Source: an uncultured Gammaproteobacteria bacterium (lineage in GTDB: Bacteria > Patescibacteriota > Microgenomatia > UBA10105 > UBA927). Taken from it: a stretch of DNA of 55,712 nt. Positions within the stretch are counted from its first letter, which is position 1. Each line of letters starts with the position of its first letter. Both the position numbers and the translations under genes were made by a program. Shown one piece after another: positions 1 to 9,525 of this stretch. Below the pieces are notes generated by a model, which did not search any database, was not told where the DNA came from, and worked only from the letters and a program-made list of their open reading frames with translations. Where the stretch lies: NCBI GenBank assembly GCA_964361785.1, contig CAYIBX010000004.1, positions 1 to 55,712 on the forward strand. The letters run 5' to 3'.

Positions 1-10
1 AAGTCATGCT

Positions 11-2404
11 TCAACTCATACCCCGCTGGCTCTGCCGCGGGGTTCTTGATTGTTTTTTAGTTGGTAACCAGTGACTGTATTCTTTCCAGTAGTATTTCCC
101 GTTATCATAAAACTGTGCGACGATAATTTTGGTGTGCCCCAAGCGTCTTGGTGAAATCGTAATAGAGTATTTCCCTTTTTTGGGCTCGTTGATTGCGATT
201 ATGCCATCTGTGTCTGAAGTTTTGTTTCCATCTGGATCAGTGAGTGTGACATGAGCGGGATAGGAAAGCACAAGAAGTGCGGATGTTTTTTGGGAAACGG
301 GGATTTGTAGACTTTGAAAGCCGAATGCTTGGAAATTTTGTGTGCCGTTTAGAAATGAAATTATTTCTTGTTGACCAGCTTGTCCACTCACAATACTTGA
401 ATGATCACCAAGAATCACTCTATTATCCGCGTCGTTTACTTGACTGCTTTGCAGTACTATAGTGCCATCACCATCGTTGGTGTATTCTTTGTTAGTCGGT
501 TTACCATCTATCCATTCGCCCCGACGTATGTCGTTTTTACTCGGGTCTTTTACCCGTATTGAAGACAGAGTCTGCTGGCCATTACCAGAGAGTGTGCCGA
601 TTATAGTTCCCCAAGCAGGTGGGAAAGGATGTGATGGCAACCATTGGTTGGTAGTTGACATGCTGCTTAAAGATTTTAGTTGATTGGTTTGCTCATTTCG
701 AAGATATGGAAAGATCGGGAGAATGTCTCGCGTTGAAGGAATAAATCGTTGTACAGCATCTTGTGAATCAATTCTGTATTTAATTTGACAGAGTCGTATC
801 ATGGTCGTCATATAGACCCAATAATTAAAGTCTGTTTTCCAAATTTCTCCTCCTGCCCACGCTGGATACGCAAACGGCGTTCCCCGATGCGGGCTTCCAG
901 CAGAGAGATACTTGTCGATTTTACTATTTGTTTGTTTTTCTAAAATATATGCGCGTCCAACAAGTCCGCCAAAGCTATGACCGACAATGTCTACGCGTTC
1001 ATTTGCACTCGTGTTTGAAGAAATAAGGGAAGTAAGTGCTTGAGTTTGTGACCCAAGTTGCTTTCTCCAGTCATAGTAAAATGGGATGGGTGTATACCCA
1101 GCGCTAGATAACGATGCATATAACGATGGGTAGATATTTTTTTCAAGTGGGTGTAAGTTCCAAGATCCTTGATACCCATCTATTTTGCAGTTTATTAGTG
1201 CATCAGCGTTCCAGCTAGCACCAAAGCCGGGTATAACGATGACCTTTTTAGTTTCTGGTGGAGTAGGAGTTTGGGTAGGAGTATTGGTTGGAGTGGGTGT
1301 GGGAGTTGGAGTGTTTGTAGGAGTTGGCGTGGGTGTTGGTGAGGGGGTTGGGGTATTTGGAGGAATTTGGGTAGGTGTAGGTATTGGAACGATAGGAATT
1401 TGAGGCGAAGTGGCAAGGCCAATTGCCCACCGTATGCCATTTAGTCCTGAATACCAAAGTTTATACACTCCATCGTCATCTTTCATGGCACTGGTGATCG
1501 TGAGAAACATGGAGTCAAAAGAATTTGGAGTAGTTGTAATGACTGGATTGTCCGCTGCTGGTTTGGTCCATGTAATACCATCTGTCGAATATGCATAGGC
1601 TACTTGCGTAGGTGCATCTCCCGAACCTACGCCGTACCACATTTTATACGTGCCATTGTCATCAATCACTGTAGGGAAGCTGACGTTATTTAACTCCCAG
1701 CTTTCTGTGGGTTCTATAACTGGATTACCACCATTTTGCTTAGTCCAATTGATTCCGTCTGAAGATGTGGCATACCCGATACGCCAGTAAGGATTTACTG
1801 TGAGATCGTTATCGTTTGTGGCAGCGTACCAAAGATGATATATGTTATCCTTGAATAGTATCGATGTTCCTCTATTTGGACCACCGCTATCCCAAGCATT
1901 CGGAGAACCTATTAATATCCATTGATTTGTTTTGTTCCAAATTATTCCGTCAGTAGATAATGCGTATCTGAGTCTATACCTATCAGGTCCAGACACCCAC
2001 TGTTGTTTAACAGATGAATACCACATGATGTAGCCAGCAGCACTAGGATTAACAATAACTTTAGGATCAGTTATAAAATATTCCCAATTATCTAATGAGC
2101 CTTTTGTAACACTTGGCGTGTTTAATCGTTGCCAAGTATTAACACCATTAGGTGACGATGCATACCCAATTTCCCATAAGCCGTTTCCATTATTTCCTTC
2201 ATACCACATTTTATACTCTGAGTTAATTTTCAAAAGGCTTGGGTTTGCCACGTATTTGCTATACCAACTACCACCATAAGGTAAAAAGACTGGGTTTTCG
2301 ATATATTTCGCGAAGGTAAATGATTGAGCAGAGACATGAGGAATAAATAAAAAATATAAGAAGGTATAGAATATTAATGAGAATTTAAATCTCAGTTTGA
2401 ACAT
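11..2404 (-). CDS. secreted multidomain protein: signal peptide + 5-bladed beta-propeller (GH43/32/130-like) + Pro/Thr linker + LCAT/PGAP1-like alpha/beta-hydrolase (lipase/esterase) + C-terminal beta-sandwich-like tail
   Basis: 797-aa ORF. N-terminal hydrophobic signal (…FLFIPHVSA/QS). Repeated blade motifs (YKMWYEG, YIMWYSS, IYHLWYAA, YKMWYGV, YKLWYSG, alternating with IGYASSPNGVNTW, YALSTDGIIW, IGYATSSDGINW, YAYSTDGITW). PTPTPT linker. The C-terminal half has YDWR and GHSFGG nucleophile-elbow motifs. Confidence 0.6.
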   Translation of the reverse strand: MFKLRFKFSLIFYTFLYFLFIPHVSAQSFTFAKYIENPVFLPYGGSWYSKYVANPSLLKINSEYKMWYEGNNGNGLWEIGYASSPNGVNTWQRLNTPSVTKGSLDNWEYFITDPKVIVNPSAAGYIMWYSSVKQQWVSGPDRYRLRYALSTDGIIWNKTNQWILIGSPNAWDSGGPNRGTSILFKDNIYHLWYAATNDNDLTVNPYWRIGYATSSDGINWTKQNGGNPVIEPTESWELNNVSFPTVIDDNGTYKMWYGVGSGDAPTQVAYAYSTDGITWTKPAADNPVITTTPNSFDSMFLTITSAMKDDDGVYKLWYSGLNGIRWAIGLATSPQIPIVPIPTPTQIPPNTPTPSPTPTPTPTNTPTPTPTPTNTPTQTPTPPETKKVIVIPGFGASWNADALINCKIDGYQGSWNLHPLEKNIYPSLYASLSSAGYTPIPFYYDWRKQLGSQTQALTSLISSNTSANERVDIVGHSFGGLVGRAYILEKQTNSKIDKYLSAGSPHRGTPFAYPAWAGGEIWKTDFNYWVYMTTMIRLCQIKYRIDSQDAVQRFIPSTRDILPIFPYLRNEQTNQLKSLSSMSTTNQWLPSHPFPPAWGTIIGTLSGNGQQTLSSIRVKDPSKNDIRRGEWIDGKPTNKEYTNDGDGTIVLQSSQVNDADNRVILGDHSSIVSGQAGQQEIISFLNGTQNFQAFGFQSLQIPVSQKTSALLVLSYPAHVTLTDPDGNKTSDTDGIIAINEPKKGKYSITISPRRLGHTKIIVAQFYDNGKYYWKEYSHWLPTKKQSRTPRQSQRGMS
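1241..1405 (-). repeat. low-complexity Pro/Thr linker-coding tract (imperfect short tandem repeats)
   Basis: Encodes …PIPTPTQIPPNTPTPSPTPTPTPTNTPTPTPTPTNTPTQTPTPP… inside the 11-2404 CDS. On the plus strand it reads as GVGVGV pseudo-ORFs. Confidence 0.85.
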
Positions 2405-2479
2405 TAATATAATTTTTAGATACTATTACTATATTTGTCAATATAGGGAATTGTGGTAAACTTCTAAGATTAATGAAAT

Positions 2480-3142
2480 ATGTGTAAATATACCGAATTT
2501 AATCATAATCAATTTCAAACTCATCGTTTAGTTTATGACTTGATTGAAAAAAATACAAAAGTATTAGATCTTGGCTGTGCAACTGGTTATTTTGGAAATG
2601 AACTAGCTAATAAATTTGTCGAGTTGTATGGAGTTGATGTCGATAGTGTTGCCGTAAAGTTGGCAAAAAAATATTACAAATGTGTAATTCAATCTGATTT
2701 AAATTTGTTTAATACAGATAAGCTGCCCAAAAAATATTTTGACTATATTATATTACTTGATGTTATAGAGCATTTAATTAACCCAACAAATCTTCTTAGC
2801 AAAATAACTAAATTATTAAATAAGAGTGGTCAGTTAATTATTTCGACACCGAATATTTTGCATATATCTATTCGTTATAAATTTATATCAGGAAAATTTA
2901 ATTATGAGAAATATGGAATTCTCGATGAAACCCATGTTCATTTTTACACGATCGAATCAATAGTAAGCTTAGTTAGCGACTTGGGTTATAAAGTGATTAA
3001 AGTTATACCTTCTGTTGATTTAGGACAAGTTCCAATATTTGGGAGATTTTTTAAGCGAATTCCTTTATGGATTCAGTCTAAAATCGTAATACTCGCTCCG
3101 AATTTATTAGCGACTCAGTTTATCGTAGTTTGCTCTCATTAA
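2480..3142 (+). CDS. class I SAM-dependent methyltransferase
   Basis: Motif I VLDLGCATGYFG, post-I/II DYIILLDVIEHL, and IISTPN. Confidence 0.8.
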   Translation: MCKYTEFNHNQFQTHRLVYDLIEKNTKVLDLGCATGYFGNELANKFVELYGVDVDSVAVKLAKKYYKCVIQSDLNLFNTDKLPKKYFDYIILLDVIEHLINPTNLLSKITKLLNKSGQLIISTPNILHISIRYKFISGKFNYEKYGILDETHVHFYTIESIVSLVSDLGYKVIKVIPSVDLGQVPIFGRFFKRIPLWIQSKIVILAPNLLATQFIVVCSH

Positions 3143-3144
3143 AA

Positions 3145-3825
3145 ATGAAATTAGCTAATATATTAGGTAGGCTTGATATACTTTTTACTAAAGGAATGAT
3201 TAGCAGACCCGATGTTCAAGCTAAGATAGTTATTACTAAGCTTTCTGAATTAATTCCTAAGAAGGTTGATAAATTAATTGATGTTGGTGGAGGCGATGCA
3301 AGATATAAGTCGAAATTGTTAAAAATATCAAAAGAGTATTCTAATTTAGAAATATTGAAGAATAAAAATGTTAATATTTTAGGATCGGCTTACGATATTC
3401 CAATTATGAAGAATAGGATAGATATAGTCGTTCTATTTACTGTTCTCGAACACCTCAGCGAGCCAAAGAAGGCGCTTTTGGAGGTAGCGCGAGTACTTAA
3501 AAAAGGAGGGTATGTTGCCATCACGACGGTCCAGTACTGGCACACTCACAATCACCCCAGCGACTATTTGCGGTATACCAAGGCGGGGCTGGAGTATTAC
3601 TGTAAAGAAGCGGGGTTTAACGTAGTAGACATTTGGTCACAGGGTGGGCCATTTTTAGTCATTTTTCACGCTATGGAACTAAACATGACGGGTAATTGGC
3701 GCACCATTTTTAGTATTCTTTTTTATCGCCTGTTTGACTGGCTAGACTGGGTGGTCTACAAGCATAACGATACGCGTGAGCATAGCGATTCCGTCGGCTG
3801 GTCCCTGATCGCTCAAAAAATCTAA
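3145..3825 (+). CDS. class I SAM-dependent methyltransferase (type 11-like)
   Basis: LIDVGGGDARY, IDIVVLFTVLEHL and LKKGGYVAITT. The ATG at 3145 follows the upstream stop at 3142. The track ORF begins at a TTG at 3130. Confidence 0.75.
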   Translation: MKLANILGRLDILFTKGMISRPDVQAKIVITKLSELIPKKVDKLIDVGGGDARYKSKLLKISKEYSNLEILKNKNVNILGSAYDIPIMKNRIDIVVLFTVLEHLSEPKKALLEVARVLKKGGYVAITTVQYWHTHNHPSDYLRYTKAGLEYYCKEAGFNVVDIWSQGGPFLVIFHAMELNMTGNWRTIFSILFYRLFDWLDWVVYKHNDTREHSDSVGWSLIAQKI

Positions 3826-3839
3826 TTTAAATCTATAGC

Positions 3840-4634
3840 ATGTGTACTATTTGCACTGTTGATTCTACGCTTCGTCACATTGGCGGGTATGATGTGTGTG
3901 CCTACTGTCGTACGAGAATTGCAAGTGTATTGCCGCAAAAGAAAAACGTACGAATGGTACTGGAGGAACATGCACAAAAGTTTATACTTGGCAATCAAAA
4001 AGATTTTGACATCCCTACGTATACCGCACGATTAGAGGTGCTTAAAAAACATGCACCGCATGCTAACATAGTGCTTGATTTTGGGTGTGGTAACGGGAAT
4101 TTCGTAAATTTTCTGAGATTAAAAAAGTATAAAGCATTTGGGTACGACAAATCAACAATTATATCTCGACACCTGAAAGCACGTCATACTCCATACTATG
4201 CACATGAGAGAGAGTTGCCCAATGCGTACTTTGATGTCATCACGTGTTTTGACGTTGTTGAGCATACGATCAATCCAAGAGAAATTATAGAAACACTTCG
4301 GAAGAAATTAAAGAAGGGCGGTACACTGCTTATTACCACACCAAATGCGCAAGGCATTTCAGCAAGAGCATTTGGGAAACATTGGTGGGTGTTTGGCCCA
4401 ACGGCGCATTTTGTGCTTTTTTCTCTATATTCATTACAGTCGTTGTTATCAGATATGCATTTTAGAATACTTGATGTTACCACAGACACCATTACTCCTT
4501 GTATTGTGCCAGCTGAAAAGTTGCTCCCAAAAGTAGCAAATAAGATGATGTATATCACACTCTGGCCGTTTAAGGGTATACTGTTTCGGCACCAAGTCGG
4601 CGATAATATACAGATGATTGCGATGAGGATGTAG
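3840..4634 (+). CDS. SAM-dependent methyltransferase with N-terminal Cys4 zinc ribbon
   Basis: CTIC…CAYC at the N-terminus. VLDFGCGNGNF motif I, DVITCFDVVEH, and LKKGGTLLITTPN. Confidence 0.75.
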   Translation: MCTICTVDSTLRHIGGYDVCAYCRTRIASVLPQKKNVRMVLEEHAQKFILGNQKDFDIPTYTARLEVLKKHAPHANIVLDFGCGNGNFVNFLRLKKYKAFGYDKSTIISRHLKARHTPYYAHERELPNAYFDVITCFDVVEHTINPREIIETLRKKLKKGGTLLITTPNAQGISARAFGKHWWVFGPTAHFVLFSLYSLQSLLSDMHFRILDVTTDTITPCIVPAEKLLPKVANKMMYITLWPFKGILFRHQVGDNIQMIAMRM

Positions 4635-4655
4635 TGCCGGATATTTACGAAGTTT

Positions 4656-5429
4656 ATGAAATCTCCAGAGGTCGTGTTTGTCATCATAGGGTTCCATCCT
4701 GATCAAGAGGTGTTGCTCTCACTTCTTATCGCATTTTCTTCATACCCCATTGTGGTGGTGAACAACGGTAAGGTGGGGCAGATAAACATGCGCGGTGTTA
4801 CGGTGGTTGGAGGCGAGAAGAATTTGGGATTTGCAGGAGGAGCTAATCTCGGGATGAAGGTGGCGTTCGGAAAGGGAGCTAGATGGGTAGTAATTTGTAA
4901 TCAGGATTTGGTAGCGACCAAGAAGAGGATAGATGAGTTTGTGATCAAGCTACAAAGTGCACCCATAGGGATTGCTGGACCATTTGCAGGCGGATCGGAT
5001 TCTACACGCATGACCACGATTATCCCATCAGAGAAGGCTGATTACATTACGGGATCGTGCATAGCCATTCATAAAAATGTATATAAAAAGGTTGGAAATT
5101 TTTACGAGCCATACTTTCTCTATTATGAAGAAATGGATTATTGTGTGCGAGCTAAGCGCGAAGGCTTTGCGATTACTCACTTGCCTGTAGATGGCATAAT
5201 GCATGAAGAAAGTAAATCACTTGGAAATAATACTTTAGCGCATCAATACTATCTGTCTCGCAACCATTTGCTCCTTGTCCAAAGATTAGCACTCTCGAGA
5301 GTTAAGTGCTACGAATTTATTCGGATGCCTCTGACAATTTTTGAGCATATTGTGCGTAGACAATGGGGAGCGCTGCAAGGAATTCGCGACTTTATTGTTT
5401 GTCGATTTGGTTCAAAGGAGCGTGTATGA
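4656..5429 (+). CDS. glycosyltransferase family 2 (rhamnosyltransferase-like)
   Basis: VVVNNG, NLGFAGGANLG and YYEEMDYCVRAKREGF motifs typical of GT2 WbbL-type enzymes. Confidence 0.75.
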   Translation: MKSPEVVFVIIGFHPDQEVLLSLLIAFSSYPIVVVNNGKVGQINMRGVTVVGGEKNLGFAGGANLGMKVAFGKGARWVVICNQDLVATKKRIDEFVIKLQSAPIGIAGPFAGGSDSTRMTTIIPSEKADYITGSCIAIHKNVYKKVGNFYEPYFLYYEEMDYCVRAKREGFAITHLPVDGIMHEESKSLGNNTLAHQYYLSRNHLLLVQRLALSRVKCYEFIRMPLTIFEHIVRRQWGALQGIRDFIVCRFGSKERV

Positions 5430-6499
5430 ACATTGGTGTCGATGCTGGGATGCTTGGGGTAAATGATGAGCGACTAAACGTCGGCGTGTGGCGATTTGCC
5501 AACGAATTACTCACACAATTAGGGAAGATGGACAAGATAAATTCGTACATCCTTTATAGCTTCCATCCTATACCCACACAGGTCATGCAATTGTTTGGAA
5601 ATTCAATGGTGAACCGTGTATTGTCGCCGTCTTTCGGGTGGATGCAAGCGAGGTTACCAATAGAATTATATATGCATCCAGTAGATGTGTTTATAGGATT
5701 ATCTCAAGCTTTGCCAAAGACAAACGCAAAAACTATAGGTGTTGTGTATGATTTAGGTTTTACTACGCATGCTGATTTTTATAGAGATTCCGCTTTAAAG
5801 TTAGTGAAGCAAACTGAGCATCTTACTGCGTCTTCCGACGCCATCGTCACTATTTCTGAATCGATCAAACGAGAGATTGTCGCTTCATACGAATATCCTG
5901 AGAATAGAATTCATGTCGCATACCCAAGTATGGGAGAAGCCTTTACATCAATCGGAAGCAAATATGTCTCCACACGACCATATTTTCTCTGCGTCGGATC
6001 ATTGAAGCGTGGCAAAAATATTTCCACGCTTATCCGTGCATTTTCTCGCTTTGTAAAGAGTACAAAAACGCCGATTGATCTCATTCTCGTAGGAAGTTCG
6101 TATTGGCAAGATGCAGAAATAGTTGAAACGATACTGTCAGAAAAAATTGGCGACCACGTTATCATAAAAGGGTATGTGAAGGACGCTGCACTTGCCTGCC
6201 TTTATCGCGGGGCTCTGGCTTTCGTCTGCCCATCAATTATTGAAGGATTTGGGATCCCGTTTGTGGAAGCGATGGCATCTGGTATACCTGTGATCGGATC
6301 ATCAATTCCAGTTCTAAAGGAAGTAGTCGGTGATGCTGGGATACTCGTTGAGCCTCACGATAGTGATGCACTCGCGATGGCGATGGAAAAAGTAGCGACA
6401 GGCAAAACGCTTCGCGAGACATTGATAAAAAAAGGAAAGGTGAAAGCAAAACAGTATTCATGGCAGAAAATGGCAAAGACCGTCTACGACCTTTTATGA
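5426..6499 (+). CDS. glycosyltransferase family 4 (GT-B, GT1/GT4)
   Basis: The C-terminal EGFGIPFVEAMASGIPVI motif is the GT4 E-x7-E region. The ATG at 5426 overlaps the upstream stop as ATGA. The track ORF starts earlier, at 5363. Confidence 0.85.
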   Translation: MNIGVDAGMLGVNDERLNVGVWRFANELLTQLGKMDKINSYILYSFHPIPTQVMQLFGNSMVNRVLSPSFGWMQARLPIELYMHPVDVFIGLSQALPKTNAKTIGVVYDLGFTTHADFYRDSALKLVKQTEHLTASSDAIVTISESIKREIVASYEYPENRIHVAYPSMGEAFTSIGSKYVSTRPYFLCVGSLKRGKNISTLIRAFSRFVKSTKTPIDLILVGSSYWQDAEIVETILSEKIGDHVIIKGYVKDAALACLYRGALAFVCPSIIEGFGIPFVEAMASGIPVIGSSIPVLKEVVGDAGILVEPHDSDALAMAMEKVATGKTLRETLIKKGKVKAKQYSWQKMAKTVYDLL

Positions 6500-7650
6500 A
6501 ACCAACTATCGCGCTCGTTCGTGGGAAGTTTTTAAATCAGTATGAGATGCAAGTCTATGAGCCATTGGTGAATCGATACGATATCACTGCGTTTGGATCG
6601 AAAACGTCTTTTCATGACTCATTTGCTTTTCCTGTAGTCAAATGTTGGTCTGCGATAGATTTCTCTGGCGGAGCCAGATCTCGCTCCGCGAGACGTATAC
6701 AATTGGCACTGCTTAATCGTCTGTTTGTAGACGCTCATTATCTTTTAGGACTGGAAAAAGCACTGAATGGGTTTGACATAGCGCACACTGCCGAAACGTA
6801 CTATCGCTATACCAGTCAGTGCTTGAATGCTAAAAGAGATGGCAGAGTGAAAGCGGTGATTGCTACGGTACTTGAGACAATCCCATATAACAACGAAGGC
6901 ATCTGGGGGAGAAAAGCTATGAAAGAAAGGGCGAGAAACGAGGTAGATCATTTTATCGCTATAACAAAACGCGCCAAAGATGCACTGATAATCGAGGGGA
7001 CAAATCCCAATAAAATTAGCGTCATACCTTATGGCATCGACACAGAGAGGTTTACCGTAGCCCACGCGAAAAAAGACGCACGTCGTGTAGATATTTTGTA
7101 TGTTGGTCGATTGGAAAAGGAGAAGGGAGTATTGGATCTTTTGGAAGCGTTCAAAATACTGTCAGATAAAAGAGTATACCTTACGATTGTTGGGTCAGGC
7201 TCGCTGACTCTGCCACCTATGGATCACGTGACGTTTATTGAGTCTTCATACGACGATATGCCAAAGGTATACCAAAAAGCTGATATATTTGTCGCACCGA
7301 GTAAGCCCCACTTCGCCAAGTCTACGAGGGGCACGTCCTACATGACGTGGGAGGAACAATACAACATCGCACTTTTGGAAGCACAGGCGTCAGGTCTTGC
7401 CATTATTACGACCAATAGTGGCGCGATACCAGAAAACGTCGGCAATGCAGCACTTCTTATAAAACCAAATGATATTCAGGCACTTGTGGTAGCGCTAAGA
7501 TTGCTCATTACAGATTCGTCGCTTCGTGTATCTTTAGGAAATGCAGCTAGGTACAGAGCCGAGACTGTACATGATGGAAAAATTATAAGCAAAAAAATTG
7601 ATTTTCTTTACCAAGAAGTACTTTCTAGTGCAAAAGCAAAAAAGAAATAA
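6496..7650 (+). CDS. glycosyltransferase family 4 (GT-B)
   Basis: ILYVGRLEKEKG and EEQYNIALLEAQASGLAIITTNSGAIPE. The ATG at 6496 overlaps the upstream stop as ATGA. The track ORF starts at 6460. Confidence 0.8.
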   Translation: MKPTIALVRGKFLNQYEMQVYEPLVNRYDITAFGSKTSFHDSFAFPVVKCWSAIDFSGGARSRSARRIQLALLNRLFVDAHYLLGLEKALNGFDIAHTAETYYRYTSQCLNAKRDGRVKAVIATVLETIPYNNEGIWGRKAMKERARNEVDHFIAITKRAKDALIIEGTNPNKISVIPYGIDTERFTVAHAKKDARRVDILYVGRLEKEKGVLDLLEAFKILSDKRVYLTIVGSGSLTLPPMDHVTFIESSYDDMPKVYQKADIFVAPSKPHFAKSTRGTSYMTWEEQYNIALLEAQASGLAIITTNSGAIPENVGNAALLIKPNDIQALVVALRLLITDSSLRVSLGNAARYRAETVHDGKIISKKIDFLYQEVLSSAKAKKK

Positions 7651-8728
7651 TGAGCAGTGTATTTATTACACAAAGCGAGAGTGCGAACAAATTAATAGTT
7701 TTTGACGATGAAATAGTTTTTGAGAATTTATTTACTCCCTCCACTAATCCAAGATAGATAAGCGGCAATATGCTTACAAACATACGACCGCTAAAACTCT
7801 CTCCCTGCCACCACGTGCTCCATGTAGAGACAAGATAGATTTGTAAAAGAATAATGATAAGGTGCAGGAAATATTTTTTTCGTTTGTACCAGAGGCCATA
7901 CATACCAAGAAGGACAACAGGAGTCCACAAAAATAATCCACTCGTTTTTCCAAACAGCACCCCTAGTATATGTGGAGAAAATATACTAAACCCTTCTCCC
8001 CCTCTCAAATACGGATTCATGAGTGAGCCGTAGAGAAGATACCAGACGATAATTTGAGGAGTGAGGGTGAGAATAATGCCTGAGAAAAAGGATTTTTTAT
8101 CCATTGTGTGTATGTGCGGCACGATAAGGAGGATGTAGAGAATGTCTTGTAATCGAGTAGCAGAAAGCGCGCCAAGAACTAGTCCAGTGGCAAACCACGG
8201 GATTGGCTTGATGGTGAGAAGAACGATATACACACTTGCCCAAAAAAAAGTAACAGCATGTGAGTTGACTGTATCTATGGATCCATAAAAAAAGAGATTC
8301 GTGCCATATGCGATAAGCAGTAGTGCAATGAGGCTTTCATGTGAACGTTTTGGAGACAACCGTGTGAGCATAAGGAGTCCAAAGAGAGTGGCACATACAC
8401 TGGTAATGCTTATCGTGATTTGATAGGGAAATGTATAGCCATCGCTATGTACTAATCTGTGGACGATGAGATAATTGGGTGTCCACAAAAGAGCGGGACC
8501 AATGCTATATTTATTGCTTGGGATTTTCGTGTATAGATACGGTTGGTTGCCGCCAAGCCGATTGTATTCGCTTTCGAAATTTATATTGTGTTCGATAATA
8601 AGCGACCGAAGCCAAGAAAAATAATATACGCCATCACCATACACCGTTTTACCCAAAAACGCTGCATGTGAAACGTTCACAAGAAGATACACACAGACTA
8701 TACTTACAAAGAGGGTTCGTAGCTTCAT
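7625..8728 (-). CDS. polytopic membrane protein, GT-C-like glycosyltransferase (ArnT/PMT-like) candidate
   Basis: 367 aa with about 10 hydrophobic segments. An N-terminal loop GDGVYYFSWLRSL…D is followed by many TM helices, and the gene sits inside the glycan cluster. Confidence 0.5.
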   Translation of the reverse strand: MKLRTLFVSIVCVYLLVNVSHAAFLGKTVYGDGVYYFSWLRSLIIEHNINFESEYNRLGGNQPYLYTKIPSNKYSIGPALLWTPNYLIVHRLVHSDGYTFPYQITISITSVCATLFGLLMLTRLSPKRSHESLIALLLIAYGTNLFFYGSIDTVNSHAVTFFWASVYIVLLTIKPIPWFATGLVLGALSATRLQDILYILLIVPHIHTMDKKSFFSGIILTLTPQIIVWYLLYGSLMNPYLRGGEGFSIFSPHILGVLFGKTSGLFLWTPVVLLGMYGLWYKRKKYFLHLIIILLQIYLVSTWSTWWQGESFSGRMFVSILPLIYLGLVEGVNKFSKTISSSKTINLFALSLCVINTLLIISFLLLH

Positions 8729-8769
8729 AGGAGTTGAGCATCTATTTTCTGCTACAATTACTGTTGATT

Positions 8770-9522
8770 ATGATATCTACTGTTATCCTAACTCACAATA
8801 GCGAAAAAACATTAGGTAACACATTAGGATCACTGCAGTTTAGTGATGAGATTATTTTGGTTGATGATAATTCTACCGATAAGACACTTGAAATAGCGCG
8901 TATCTACAAAGCGCGAGTGTTTGAGAGACTCTTGCAGGACGACTTTGCAGTACAGAGAAACTATGGGCTAGAAAAGGCGAAAGGGGATTGGGTATTATTT
9001 ATCGATGCAGACGAGGTGGTGCCATCTGAGCTTAGGCGTGAAATAGAAGCAGTGACTTTAGCTTCGAATTCAAAAATATTAGGGTATTATATTTCACGCC
9101 AAGATTACTTTGGGGGTAGGGGACTTACGCATGGCGAAACGTCACGCGTTGAATTATTGCGTCTTGCCAAAAAACACGCTGGTCTCTGGATAGAACCTGT
9201 GCATGAAATTTGGCAAGTTCGGGGAGAAATCGGTAAATTAACCAATCCCATTCATCATCTTCCCCACAATGACGTCGCACAATTTTTAGATAAAATCAAT
9301 CGATATTCTTCGATTCGGGCCAAATTTCTCTATCAAAATGGCATACGGAGTTCTTTGCTTGAGATTATCCTGTACCCCATCGCCAAATTCGTGGTCAACT
9401 ACATTGGAAAGCTTGGATTTTTGGATGGTATGCAGGGGTTGATAATGGCTGTCATGATGAGCTTTCACTCATTTTTAGTTCGGGCAAAGGTGTGGACACT
9501 TGATCGCCGTATCAAAGAATAA
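8770..9522 (+). CDS. glycosyltransferase family 2
   Basis: ISTVILTHNSEKTL, ILVDDNSTDKT and VLFIDADE (DxD). ATG at 8770; the track ORF begins at a TTG at 8734. Confidence 0.85.
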   Translation: MISTVILTHNSEKTLGNTLGSLQFSDEIILVDDNSTDKTLEIARIYKARVFERLLQDDFAVQRNYGLEKAKGDWVLFIDADEVVPSELRREIEAVTLASNSKILGYYISRQDYFGGRGLTHGETSRVELLRLAKKHAGLWIEPVHEIWQVRGEIGKLTNPIHHLPHNDVAQFLDKINRYSSIRAKFLYQNGIRSSLLEIILYPIAKFVVNYIGKLGFLDGMQGLIMAVMMSFHSFLVRAKVWTLDRRIKE

Positions 9523-9525
9523 TGT

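Noticed and set aside
1185-1457. Three track ORFs (GVGVGV-rich 72 aa on plus; 81 aa and 69 aa on minus in other frames) and a short-period DNA repeat that could be mistaken for a repeat array.
   Set aside because: They lie entirely inside the Pro/Thr linker-coding tract of the 797-aa gene. The periodicity is codon-level (ACN CCN) with no spacers, so this is neither a CRISPR array nor an independent gene.
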